Shown here piece by piece: positions 8,320-16,550 of a stretch of 64,000 nucleotides of DNA; position 1 is the first letter of the stretch; each line of letters begins with the position of its first letter. Both the position numbers and the translations under genes were made by a program. A model generated the notes under the pieces. The model saw nothing but the letters and a program-made list of their open reading frames with translations. It made no database searches and was not told where the DNA came from. Source of the stretch: an uncultured Actinomycetes bacterium (lineage in GTDB: Bacteria; Actinomycetota; Thermoleophilia; Gaiellales; Gaiellaceae); NCBI GenBank assembly GCA_963794605.1, contig CAWCEN010000003.1, forward strand, positions 113,658-177,657. The letters are read 5' to 3'.

Positions 8320-9211
8320 AAAACGAGGGGTCGTGACTCAGCGCGTGACTCACGCCGATGCACCTACTCGTCGGCCTGCCGTTCACGACCGAGACTTCGC
8401 GCAGGAACGGCCGTATCGTCTCGGCGAGTTCCTTGGGGCGGTCGTGGTAGGCCCCGTGCCTGCCCGGCGTGGTCACTACATCTGCGCCGAGTCGCTTGCT
8501 GAGCCGCCCGGCGACCTCGGCGAAGAAGTCGTGGCTGTCCGCGCTCACGACCAGCAGCACAGGCACGGCGATGGCGACTAGCGCCTGGTCATCTGGCAGG
8601 GACCTCTCATAGGTGCCGAGCTCGACGTCGAAGAGAGTGCTGGCGCTGGCACAGAGCCGTTCCCGGAGCGCGGGGGGAAGCTGTATCCACGCGTCGTCTC
8701 CGCAGATGTATTGCCAGAACCGCTCCACCGCCAAGTGAGGTCCGCCTTCGGCCATCGACTGCCGGACGACTCCTTGCAGTGGGGATCGGACCACGTCGAA
8801 GTCGTCGAGGACCGCGTACACCCCTGGTTCGTGCAGGACGGCACCGCGCACCATCGCGGGGTGGCGGGTCAACATCCAGAGCGCGAAGTTCCCGCCGCTG
8901 CTCGTTCCGAAGACCGCCAGCGGGCCGACCGCCAACGAATCGACCAGGGCCGCCGCATCATCGGCCTGCTCCTCAGCCGACGTCGTCGTCCACCCTGCCG
9001 GAGCCGGACTCCGGCCGTTCCCACGCCGGTCGTAAGTGATGAGCGTGAACTCGTCGGCCAGAAGATCGGCGAGTGTGTCGAAATGACCGCCGTCGCCGGT
9101 CGCCCCCATGATCAAAAGAACAGGCGGGCCGCTGCCGCGGACCTCGTGGTAGAGCTCGGCACCGTTGACGCTGACCATCGGCATCGCAAAGCTCGCTGGG
9201 ATCTTAGACAT
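8291..9211 (-). CDS. alpha/beta hydrolase
   Basis: 306 aa. 'PPVLLIMGATGDGGHF', nucleophile elbow 'FGTSSGG', and C-terminal 'GRHGAYHDRPKE' (His). The last ~30 codons run into the att-like repeat. Confidence 0.85.
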   Translation of the reverse strand: MSKIPASFAMPMVSVNGAELYHEVRGSGPPVLLIMGATGDGGHFDTLADLLADEFTLITYDRRGNGRSPAPAGWTTTSAEEQADDAAALVDSLAVGPLAVFGTSSGGNFALWMLTRHPAMVRGAVLHEPGVYAVLDDFDVVRSPLQGVVRQSMAEGGPHLAVERFWQYICGDDAWIQLPPALRERLCASASTLFDVELGTYERSLPDDQALVAIAVPVLLVVSADSHDFFAEVAGRLSKRLGADVVTTPGRHGAYHDRPKELAETIRPFLREVSVVNGRPTSRCIGVSHALSHDPSFCRDSFLSGA

Positions 9212-9328
9212 GCTGGCTTTGCGGGCCCGTTGCGGGCAGCTCAGTCGAAGACACTCAAGGGCAGTGTGAAGCCGACGATCCAGGTTCCGGCTGGCCGAAG
9301 CCGCTCATCGCCGTGAAGCTTAGGTCCT

Positions 9329-9562
9329 TCAGCGACCTGCGGCGACGAGCGGCACGGGCATGGGCGGCGCCTGACGGAACGCTTCGCGAACGCGCTCGCG
9401 GGCGAGACGCGCGTCGGGGTGCCCGTACAGCTTGCGCACGAGTTCGCCGCCGTCTTGATGGCCGAAGTGGAGCGCGATATCGCGTGCGTCGAGTTCGAGC
9501 ACGTTCCAGGCGTACCAGCCGAAGTAGTGGCGGGTGGCGGTGTACAGGTCGACGTTGCGAGC
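9329..9562 (-). pseudogene. tyrosine recombinase (phage-type integrase), C-terminal fragment
   Basis: The last 77 codons of track ORF 9329..11059 read 'ARNVDLYTATRHYFGWYAWNVLELDARDIALHFGHQDGGELVRKLYGHPD..'. This shows the R-H ... G-H ... Y catalytic box II pattern. Upstream translation is not integrase-like. Confidence 0.6.
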
Positions 9563-9564
9563 GG

Positions 9565-10312
9565 GAACGTGCTTTCGGCGCTGGCCGCTGCCAAAGAACT
9601 TCCGCAGCTGAGCCTCGTCAACGCGCTCGAGAAGCTCGGTGAGGGCGCGGGTGCTGAGACGGCAAGCGCAAGCGACGGGTGCTGCGAGATACTCCGCCCG
9701 GCGTCTGTGACGCTCAGAGGGCAAGGGCTCGTGTTCCAGCAAGCGCCGAAAGAACGGAGGTCGAGGCGTGGAAACCAGCACTAACGGTTCGTGCTCTACA
9801 TGTACCTCGTCGCCATCGGCGGCGCATTTCTCGGTCTGATGTATCCGACGATCATTGCGCGCTTCAAGCGTGGCCCGGGGCCGAGGTATCGAACGTTCGG
9901 CACGTCTTCCTCGATCGGTGGGTGGGTGGGCTATCTCGCTGTGGGCTTGTTGATATCGGCGATCGTCGTCACATTGGGATTTGGCGGGTTCCTCTCCGAC
10001 GAGAACAACAAGAAGGCCCTCGATGCTATGGGGCTTGTTGCATACAGCCTGGCCTTTGGCTTCGGATTTGGTGCAGGTCAACTCGCGGAAGAACCGCTGA
10101 AGCAGGGCTAACGCGCGCGACCACCGCGCGTCGCCGCGCGCTGGCTTGTTTGCCTCCTCGAGGAGCAGCCCGACGTGACGATCGAGGAGGCTGCCCTGGC
10201 CGCTGCCTGCCTCGTCGCGCTCACAGGCGGCGCCTATGAGGAGGCGAGGGCGACCTTGCGGGCCATGGCCGAAACAGCGTCTAGCCGGCGGCGAGCTCGG
10301 GGCGTAGCGTGA
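9565..10312 (+). pseudogene. interrupted paralogue of family 'A' gene
   Basis: N-part 'NVLSALAAAKELPQLSLVNALE' lies at 9565-9640. C-part 'RVAARWLVCLLEEQPDVTIEEAALAAACLVALTGGAYEEA..' lies at 10112-10312. The two parts are separated by about 470 nt containing TAA stops at 9782 and 10109, all in one frame. Confidence 0.5.
9791..10111 (+). CDS. small integral membrane protein (3 predicted TM helices)
   Basis: GTG start. Hydrophobic segments 'LVAIGGAFLGLMYPTIIA', 'WVGYLAVGLLISAIVVTLGFGGF' and 'GLVAYSLAFGFGFGAG'. Codon third positions are visibly less GC-rich than in host genes. Confidence 0.45.
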   Translation: MLYMYLVAIGGAFLGLMYPTIIARFKRGPGPRYRTFGTSSSIGGWVGYLAVGLLISAIVVTLGFGGFLSDENNKKALDAMGLVAYSLAFGFGFGAGQLAEEPLKQG

Positions 10313-10426
10313 GCCGCACTGCTGAGCGCGGGGCGTGGGAAGGGCCGCGCGGAGCAACCCGTCCTCCTGCGCCGACTGCCCTTCGACGGTACGCCCCTCG
10401 ACGAAGGCAGTCAAGCTTGCGAGTGC

Positions 10427-10978
10427 GTGATCCGAACCAGACCGCTTCTCGCTGTCGGCGGCCTCGTCCTGCTTGCCCTTGGCTGTGGGTCGAGCAGCTC
10501 CGGGGAGGTCGCTCGTCCGCAGACGGCGACGCTGAATTGGCACGAGAATTGCGGCACGCGTGCGGATCCGCTTCCGATCGCGACGCGCCGGCTGGTCGTC
10601 GAGGAGGGGCGCTGGCGAGTAGACGTCTCGTTCCGAAACAGGACCAGCGTGACCCTCTTCGTCATGCGGCCGCATGTCCCAGGCGGGACGTACTTCGGTC
10701 TCGAGCCGTTTCGGACCTCGTCTTTCCGAGAGGTACTCGAGCGCGTCGAGGCGGGAGCGGCCAAGCCACGCACGTTTGCCGAGCGCTTCAGCCCCGCCCT
10801 CCCACGACTGCTTCCGCCCGGGCGAGGCTGGTCGGGCGAGTTCTCCGGTCGTGCGGCCCTTCCGGCCGACACGCCGATCCGCGTTGTTCTCGGGCGGTTC
10901 GAGGTCGCCGGGAACGTGCCGTCCGGATTCTTCGTCGGCTTCCTCTGCATTTCGGAGCGCTTCGTCCGCCTCAGATAG
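10427..10978 (+). CDS. lipoprotein, function unknown
   Basis: Signal peptide with lipobox 'LLALGCGSS'. GC3-rich, 183 aa. Confidence 0.65.
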   Translation: MIRTRPLLAVGGLVLLALGCGSSSSGEVARPQTATLNWHENCGTRADPLPIATRRLVVEEGRWRVDVSFRNRTSVTLFVMRPHVPGGTYFGLEPFRTSSFREVLERVEAGAAKPRTFAERFSPALPRLLPPGRGWSGEFSGRAALPADTPIRVVLGRFEVAGNVPSGFFVGFLCISERFVRLR

Positions 10979-11035
10979 CTCGAGACTATGGCGAAGGGCG
11001 TCGCTTCCGATACCTACCGTGATGGCGGAACCCGC

Positions 11036-11057
11036 GCGGCCTTCGACCCGCGCCCCC
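11036..11057 (+). repeat. 22-nt perfect direct repeat, copy 1
   Basis: 'gcggccttcgacccgcgccccc'. Upstream similarity starts at 'gctcgag' 10978. Confidence 0.8.
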
Positions 11058-11080
11058 AAGAGCTACGATCTTGCAACGTG

Positions 11081-11284
11081 ATGAGTACCGCACGAAGGAT
11101 CATCGACTGGTTGAGAAGGCCCGCTGCGGATGCCGACCCCGAGACGACCGCCGAGGCTCAGCGCTTGCAGGACGATCGGGAGACGATTCGGGGTTCCCAG
11201 AGCCTCACGAGCGGAATGACGGGGCCTGGTCTCTCCAACGTGACTCCCACGCCGGATGTGCTGCATCCGGAGCGCGAACGCTAG
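11081..11284 (+). CDS. small hypothetical protein (67 aa)
   Basis: ATG 11081 ('MSTARRIIDWLRRPAADADPE..'). Flanked by the 22-nt direct repeats. Weak support. Confidence 0.35.
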   Translation: MSTARRIIDWLRRPAADADPETTAEAQRLQDDRETIRGSQSLTSGMTGPGLSNVTPTPDVLHPERER

Positions 11285-11385
11285 CGCTGCGCTCGGGCAT
11301 GGCCCGAACGGCCATCTTGTCGCGCCGGCGCCGGCGCCGGCGTCTTAGTCTCGGCGTGCTCGAGCTGGGGGCGATGGGAAGGGCC

Positions 11386-11407
11386 GCGGCCTTCGACCCG
11401 CGCCCCC
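11386..11407 (+). repeat. 22-nt perfect direct repeat, copy 2
   Basis: Identical to 11036-11057. Preceded by 'gctcgag' at 11358. Confidence 0.8.
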
Positions 11408-11695
11408 CAATTGTTGGCCCCCGCGACGCTGCAAACGCCCGGGGGCCGTGGCGGCGAGGGAGTAGCCCCGCCGCGCCCGCATCGTGCCGATCGCCCGCGG
11501 TCGCCTGCGGCAGTCCTGAGACACGGCCCGGTCGTGACTCAAAACCGGGGCACAACGCCCCCAAAACGGCCCTTTTGCGAACCCGCACGGCTGCGGCTAT
11601 CAACGCGCCGAAGCCACTGCGCAACCCTCTGCTGGAGTGGGATTCTGGCCCGTCCTGCACCCGCCTGGCCCGCCGTGACACTAACCGGGTCGCTA

Positions 11696-11768
11696 TGCGC
11701 CTGGCAGGAATCGAACCTGCGACCTCGCGCTCCGGAGGCGCGCGCTCTATCCCCTGAGCTACAGGCGC
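11696..11768 (-). tRNA. tRNA-Arg (anticodon CCG)
   Basis: The reverse complement GCGCCTGTAGCTCAGGGGATAGAGCGCGCGCCTCCGGAGCGCGAGGTCGCAGGTTCGATTCCTGCCAGGCGCA folds as a cloverleaf. It has a 7-bp acceptor, GCTC/GAGC D stem, CGCGC/GCGCG anticodon stem, loop CU-CCG-GA, and GCAGG/CCTGC T stem with TTCGATT. CCA is not encoded. Confidence 0.95.
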
Positions 11769-11929
11769 GGAGTCGTCAGTCTAGCCCGCCGTCGGTTCGC
11801 CTCCCTGGGCTGCGCTGCCACCCGCGGTCTTCTCGGTCGACAGGCATAGCCGAAATCCGGCGTGCAAACCGAGCCGGACGCTTCGGGGTACTATCGGCAG
11901 TCCTTCTAAATCCATCCAGGAGGTGGAAA

Positions 11930-12355
11930 GTGGCGGAATCGAGTCTCTACGAGCGGCTCGGTGGCGCATTTGCCATCGCAGCGGTGGTCGACCACTTCAG
12001 CGAAGCGATCGTCCGCAATCCGATCGTCGGCCAGAACTCGGAGAACCGAGAGCTCCGCGAATGGCACACCAACAGCCTCGCTCGGCTTCCCGGCCTGAAG
12101 TTCATGCGCACCCTGTGGGTGTGCGACGTCGCCGGCGGGCCGCAGGATTACGCAGCAACGCGACCCGGCCGTACTGCTCTCGGCCTGGAGGAAGCCCATC
12201 GCGAACTGAAGATCTCTCCCGATGAGTTCGATGAGGTCGCCGCCGAACTGGCGCGCACGCTCGACCATTTCGAGGTGCCTGCCCAGGAAAAGGAGGAGGT
12301 CCTGGGTGCTTTTGCCGCGCACAAAGGCGAGGTGACAGAGGGCTACGCCTCGTAG
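11930..12355 (+). CDS. glbN: group 1 truncated hemoglobin
   Basis: GTG 11930 follows GGAGGTGGAAA. 'SLYERLGGAFAIAAVVDHFSEAI' and the overall 2-on-2 globin pattern. The upstream part of track ORF 11411.. is non-coding. Confidence 0.8.
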   Translation: MAESSLYERLGGAFAIAAVVDHFSEAIVRNPIVGQNSENRELREWHTNSLARLPGLKFMRTLWVCDVAGGPQDYAATRPGRTALGLEEAHRELKISPDEFDEVAAELARTLDHFEVPAQEKEEVLGAFAAHKGEVTEGYAS

Positions 12356-12391
12356 AGGAAACACCTCGCTGCGCTCGACGCAAGGGGTGCC

Positions 12392-12426
12392 TTGACGGTG
12401 AAGGAAGTGAGTGCTAACTTACTTCC
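12392..12426 (+). promoter_or_regulatory. tetR promoter with palindromic operator; leaderless start
   Basis: TTGACG at 12392-12397, a 17-nt spacer, then TAACTT at 12415-12420. Palindrome 'ggaagtgagt-gcta-acttacttcc' spans 12403-12426 and ends at the ATG 12427. Confidence 0.5.
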
Positions 12427-12978
12427 ATGGCAACCACGGCCAAGAGGAAGTCAGCGGAGGAGCGTCGCGAGTCCGTGCTCGACTCGGCATACGTCGAGTT
12501 CGCCGAGCACGGGCTCGACGGCGCGTCGACCGAGGTGATCGCCGCCAAGGCGGGCATCTCGCAGCCGTACGTCTTCCGGCTCTTCGGCACGAAGAAGCAG
12601 CTCTTCATCGCCGTCGTCGCGCGCTGCTTTCGCGAGACGCTCGAGACCTTCCAGCACGCCGCGGAAGGGAAGCGCGGGGGCGAGGCGCTCGACGCGATGG
12701 GCGCTGTGTACCACGAGCAGCTCGTACAGGACAGGATCCGGCTGCGCTCGCAGATGCAGGCGTACGCCGCATGCGGCGACCCGGAGATCGAAGCCGTCGT
12801 TCGCGACGGCTACAGCGACCTCGTCAGCTACGTCGAACACGTCGCCGGCGACCTACCGACGCAGGACATCAGTCGGTTCTTCGCGGCGGGGATGCTGCTC
12901 AACGTCATGGCGTCGATGGGGCTCGAGCAGCCGCGCGAGCCCTGGGCGCAGCGCCTGCTCGAGGGACTCAGGTCGTGA
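12427..12978 (+). CDS. TetR/AcrR family transcriptional regulator
   Basis: N-terminal HTH 'ERRESVLDSAYVEFAEHGLDGASTEVIAAKAGISQPYVFRLFGTKKQLF'. Confidence 0.9.
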   Translation: MATTAKRKSAEERRESVLDSAYVEFAEHGLDGASTEVIAAKAGISQPYVFRLFGTKKQLFIAVVARCFRETLETFQHAAEGKRGGEALDAMGAVYHEQLVQDRIRLRSQMQAYAACGDPEIEAVVRDGYSDLVSYVEHVAGDLPTQDISRFFAAGMLLNVMASMGLEQPREPWAQRLLEGLRS

Positions 12979-13005
12979 CGGGCGTTCTCTTTTTTTTCAC
13001 CGCTG

Positions 13006-13023
13006 AGTAAGTGACTAATCACG
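13006..13023 (+). promoter_or_regulatory. second candidate TetR operator upstream of the MFS gene
   Basis: 'agtaagtgactaatcacg' shares the 'aagtga.t' half-site with the 12403-12426 palindrome. Confidence 0.3.
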
Positions 13024-13039
13024 AACTATGGAGGGAGAG

Positions 13040-14449
13040 ATGAGCACACGGAGCAACACGATCTGGACATTCGCGATCACCTCGGTCGCGCTCTTCATGG
13101 TCACGCTCGACAACCTCGTCGTGACCACGGCGCTGCCGGTGATCCGCCAAGACCTGCACGCGTCGCTGTCCCAGCTCGAGTGGACGGTGAACGCCTACAC
13201 GCTGACGTTCGCGGTGCTGCTCCTGACCGGAGCAGCGCTCGGCGACCGTTTCGGCCGGCGGCTGATGTTCTCGGTCGGCCTTGGGATCTTCACGCTGTCC
13301 TCCGCCGCAGCCGCGCTCGCACCGAGCGCGACCGCTCTCGACCTGGCCCGGGCGGCTCAGGGCGTCGGCGGCGCGATCGTGACGCCGCTCACGCTCACGA
13401 TCCTCTCCGCAGCCGTTCCACCCGAGCGCCGCGGCCTCGCGCTCGGCGCCTGGGGTGGGATCGGCGGCCTCGCGGTCGCGATGGGACCGCTGATCGGCGG
13501 CGCGGTCGTCGAGGGAATCTCCTGGCAGTGGATCTTCTGGCTCAATGTGCCGATCGGACTGATCCTGGCGCCGCTCGCGTTCCTACGCGTGCGTGAGTCA
13601 TACGGTCCGGCCGGCCGGTTCGACCTCGTCGGGCTCGGGCTCGCCAGCGTGGGCCTGTTCGGAATCGTGTGGGGCCTCGTGCGCGCCAACTCGGTCGGCT
13701 GGGGCTCGGCGGAGATCGTCGGCTCGTTCGTGGCCGGGTTGATTGCCCTCGCGCTCTTCGTGGTCTGGGAGCTGAGGGCGCCAGCGCCGATGCTGCCGAT
13801 GCGCTTCTTCCGCAACCGCGCATTCGCGCTCACGAACGTCTCGTCGCTGTTCATGTTCTTCGGGATGTTCGGCTCGATCTTCCTCCTCGCGCAGTTCTTC
13901 CAAACCGTGCAGGGCTACTCGCCGCTCCAGGCGGGGATCCGGATCCTCCCGTGGACGGCGATGCCGATCTTCATCGCGCCGATCGCCGGTGCGCTCTCCG
14001 ACCGGATTGGCGGTCAGCGGATCATGGGCGTCGGGCTCGCGCTGCAGGCGATCGGCCTGGCGTGGATCTCGACGGTGACGACACCGACGACGCCGTACAG
14101 CGAGGTCGTGATCCCGTTCTTCATCTCGGGCATCGGGATGGCGCTCTTCTTCGCCCCGGTCGCGAACGTCGTGCTCAGCGCGGTCCGGCGCGAGGAGGAG
14201 GGGCAAGCCTCAGGCGCTGCAAATGCGATCCGCGAGCTCGGCGGCGTGTTCGGAGTGGCCGTTCTCGCGTCGATCTTCGCGCACTACGGCGGCTACCTCT
14301 CGCCCCAGGACTTCGTCGACGGGCTGCGGCCCGCGGTGTGGGTCGGAGGGGCGATTGTCGGCATCGGGTCGGTGCTGGCCTTCCTCGTACCGTCGCCGGC
14401 ACGTGCGAAGGACGAGGTTCTCGAGCCGGTCCTCGACGTGGCCGCTTAG
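13040..14449 (+). CDS. MFS transporter, DHA2 (EmrB/QacA, 14-TMS) drug-efflux type
   Basis: ATG 13040 follows GGAGGGAG. 'LDNLVVTTALPVIRQDLHAS', 'GDRFGRRLMF', and about 14 hydrophobic segments. Confidence 0.9.
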   Translation: MSTRSNTIWTFAITSVALFMVTLDNLVVTTALPVIRQDLHASLSQLEWTVNAYTLTFAVLLLTGAALGDRFGRRLMFSVGLGIFTLSSAAAALAPSATALDLARAAQGVGGAIVTPLTLTILSAAVPPERRGLALGAWGGIGGLAVAMGPLIGGAVVEGISWQWIFWLNVPIGLILAPLAFLRVRESYGPAGRFDLVGLGLASVGLFGIVWGLVRANSVGWGSAEIVGSFVAGLIALALFVVWELRAPAPMLPMRFFRNRAFALTNVSSLFMFFGMFGSIFLLAQFFQTVQGYSPLQAGIRILPWTAMPIFIAPIAGALSDRIGGQRIMGVGLALQAIGLAWISTVTTPTTPYSEVVIPFFISGIGMALFFAPVANVVLSAVRREEEGQASGAANAIRELGGVFGVAVLASIFAHYGGYLSPQDFVDGLRPAVWVGGAIVGIGSVLAFLVPSPARAKDEVLEPVLDVAA

Positions 14450-14498
14450 AAGGATCGGGGACCGGGCGCGAATGCGACGCGCCCGGTCCCCGGTTTCT

Positions 14499-15449
14499 CT
14501 ACTGAGCGCGGAACGTCAGCCAGGCTTCTTGCATGCGTGCAGCCTGGCCGGTCGTGAACTCCGTGTAGCAGGAGTCGAACGAGTAGTCCATGTAGTTGTG
14601 GATCGGGTCGAGGCCCGGAGCCGTGCAGGTGTCCTTCCCCTCGGGGCAGCCCGAGGTCGGAGTCGCCTCGTACGGCGTGTCGTCCACGTAGTCGCCCCGA
14701 CCGTTGCAGCCGCGGAAGAACGTGTGCTCGAGGTTCAGCCAGTGGCCGACCTCGTGCGTCGCCGTCTCGCCCTGGTCGAATCGGCCTTCGTACCTGGTCG
14801 ACGCGCCGCGCAGCGACTCCCAGTCGATGACGACGCCGTCCAGGAACGCATTCCCCTGCGTGACGACCTTCGGCAGATACGCCCAGCCGAGGAAGTCGCT
14901 CGCGGTCGCCAGGTACAGGTTGAGCGTCTCCGGCCCGCCTCTGTGCAGCGCACGCTTCATCGCGCGCTCGGCGCCGTTGATGCCCGCGTTGTACCAGTCG
15001 GCGTTCTCCGTCCGGTCTACGCCCGCGAGCGTGAACCTGAACCCGGTGCGGGCTCCGCCCTCGCCGCCGGCGAACGTGTTGTTCAGGACCCCGATCTGGT
15101 CGTTGATGATCGCCTGCGACACGTTCCCGGTGGTTCCGTCGGGTGTGAGCACGTGAACCCAGACAGGCACCGTCACAGCGAAGTGCCGGTCGTACGCGCG
15201 CGTCGTGTCGCCGGTGTCCAGCGTCTGGTCGAGCGCGGGCTCGCGGGACTCGCCGCCGCGGGCTGTCGAGAACCCCGGCGCCGCGATGTGGCTCAGGCTG
15301 CTGAAGCTGCTGTATTCAGCTGAGTTGCACAGCCACGACGTCTGGAGGCTCGGGCCGGCCGCCGTGGCCGTCGAGACCTGGAACGCAGCGAAGGCCGCCG
15401 TCGCCAGGACGGCGAGCAGCGACACGCGCCGCGCGATCTTTCCGTTCAT
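14499..15449 (-). CDS. secreted zinc metalloprotease, M43 (pappalysin/ulilysin-like) family
   Basis: Signal peptide 'LLAVLATAAFAAFQVSTATA'. Extended zinc motif 'HEVGHWLNLEHTF' and 'GDYVDDTP'. Confidence 0.85.
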   Translation of the reverse strand: MNGKIARRVSLLAVLATAAFAAFQVSTATAAGPSLQTSWLCNSAEYSSFSSLSHIAAPGFSTARGGESREPALDQTLDTGDTTRAYDRHFAVTVPVWVHVLTPDGTTGNVSQAIINDQIGVLNNTFAGGEGGARTGFRFTLAGVDRTENADWYNAGINGAERAMKRALHRGGPETLNLYLATASDFLGWAYLPKVVTQGNAFLDGVVIDWESLRGASTRYEGRFDQGETATHEVGHWLNLEHTFFRGCNGRGDYVDDTPYEATPTSGCPEGKDTCTAPGLDPIHNYMDYSFDSCYTEFTTGQAARMQEAWLTFRAQ

Positions 15450-15536
15450 CCCATTCCCCCCTCTGCTTGCTTACGCCAATCGGAGAGTACCGGCGATGAC
15501 CGAGATTTCAATATCGGGCCGAGATAGGGTGCGGCG

Positions 15537-16550
15537 ATGAGGCTCTCCGCCCGGATCGCGACACTCGAGCTGGCCGAGACCTTCGTTATCTCGCGGAGCG
15601 CGCAGGACACAGCGGACGTCGTCTACGTCGAGGTCGAGCACGACGGCGTCACCGGTTACGGGGAGGCGGCTCCGACCGAGCGCTACGGCCAGTCGGCCGC
15701 TTCGGCGATCGCGTATCTCGAGGCACACGCGGACCTGCTTGGCGACGATCCGTGGGCACTCGAGGAGATCGAGTCGCGGCTGCCTTCGGAGGAGCCCGCA
15801 GCCCGCGCGGGGATCGACGCGGCACTGCACGACCTCCAGGGCAAACTCGCCGACCTGCCCGTCTGGCGGCTTCTCGGCCTGCGCCGCGCGGGGCCGCCGA
15901 CCTCGTGGACGATCTGGCTCGGCGACCCGGACGACATGGCCAGGCGAACCGAGGCTGTTGCAGGCCGGTTCAAGCGGCTGAAGCTGAAGCTCGGCGGCCG
16001 TGACGGGCTCGACGTCGAGCGGGTCCGCGCGGTGCGGGGCGTCAGCAACGCTCCGCTGATGGTCGACGTGAACGAGGCCTGGTCGCTGGACGAGGCGCTG
16101 GAAGCGTTGGCCCAACTCGATCTGCTCGGGGTCGAATACTGCGAGCAGCCTCTTCCGGCCCGCGACCCAGACGGCCCGGCGCTGAAGGAGGGCTCGCCGC
16201 TTCCGATCTTCGTCGACGAGGACTGCCACGTCGCGGCCGATGTCCCTCTGTGCGCGGAGCGCGCGCACGGCGTGAACATCAAGCTCGCGAAGTCGGGTGG
16301 CATCCGCGAGGCAATCAGGGTCGTCCACGTCGCGCGGGCGCTCGGGCTCGGCGTCATGCTCGGCTGCATGAACGAGTCGGGGCTCGCGATCGCTGCCGGC
16401 GCGCAGATCGCCAGCCTCTGCGACCACGTCGACCTCGACGGCAACCTGCTGCTCCGCCACGACCCGTGGCCGGGCGTCGAGCTCGTCGACGGCGTCCAGC
16501 TTCCTTCGGAGAGCCCAGGGCTCGGGGTCCGGGCGGTGACCTCGGCGTGA
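15537..16550 (+). CDS. dipeptide epimerase (L-Ala-D/L-Glu epimerase-like, enolase superfamily)
   Basis: 'RLKLKLGG', 'VDVNEAW', 'YCEQPL', 'VDEDC' and 'NIKLAKSGG' are MR/MLE-type catalytic motifs. Confidence 0.85.
   Translation: MRLSARIATLELAETFVISRSAQDTADVVYVEVEHDGVTGYGEAAPTERYGQSAASAIAYLEAHADLLGDDPWALEEIESRLPSEEPAARAGIDAALHDLQGKLADLPVWRLLGLRRAGPPTSWTIWLGDPDDMARRTEAVAGRFKRLKLKLGGRDGLDVERVRAVRGVSNAPLMVDVNEAWSLDEALEALAQLDLLGVEYCEQPLPARDPDGPALKEGSPLPIFVDEDCHVAADVPLCAERAHGVNIKLAKSGGIREAIRVVHVARALGLGVMLGCMNESGLAIAAGAQIASLCDHVDLDGNLLLRHDPWPGVELVDGVQLPSESPGLGVRAVTSA

Larger units (their letters stand above)
8320..11695. mobile_element. younger (tRNA-proximal) decayed integrative-element remnant
   Basis: Lies between the att-like repeat at 8279-8319 and the 3' end of tRNA-Arg. 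Carries an integrase 3' fragment, an interrupted gene and a lower-GC membrane-protein ORF. Confidence 0.45.

Noticed and set aside
9563-11059. The upstream 500 codons of the 576-aa minus-strand ORF that ends with the integrase fragment.
   Set aside because: Only the last ~77 codons look like a tyrosine recombinase. The rest is Arg/Ala/Pro-rich antisense of better plus-strand genes (membrane ORF, lipoprotein) and of the family 'A' homology.
11411-11929. The N-terminal 173 codons of the 314-aa ORF containing the globin.
   Set aside because: This stretch runs across the tRNA-Arg gene and non-coding island DNA. The globin domain starts at GTG 11930, directly after a GGAGG SD.
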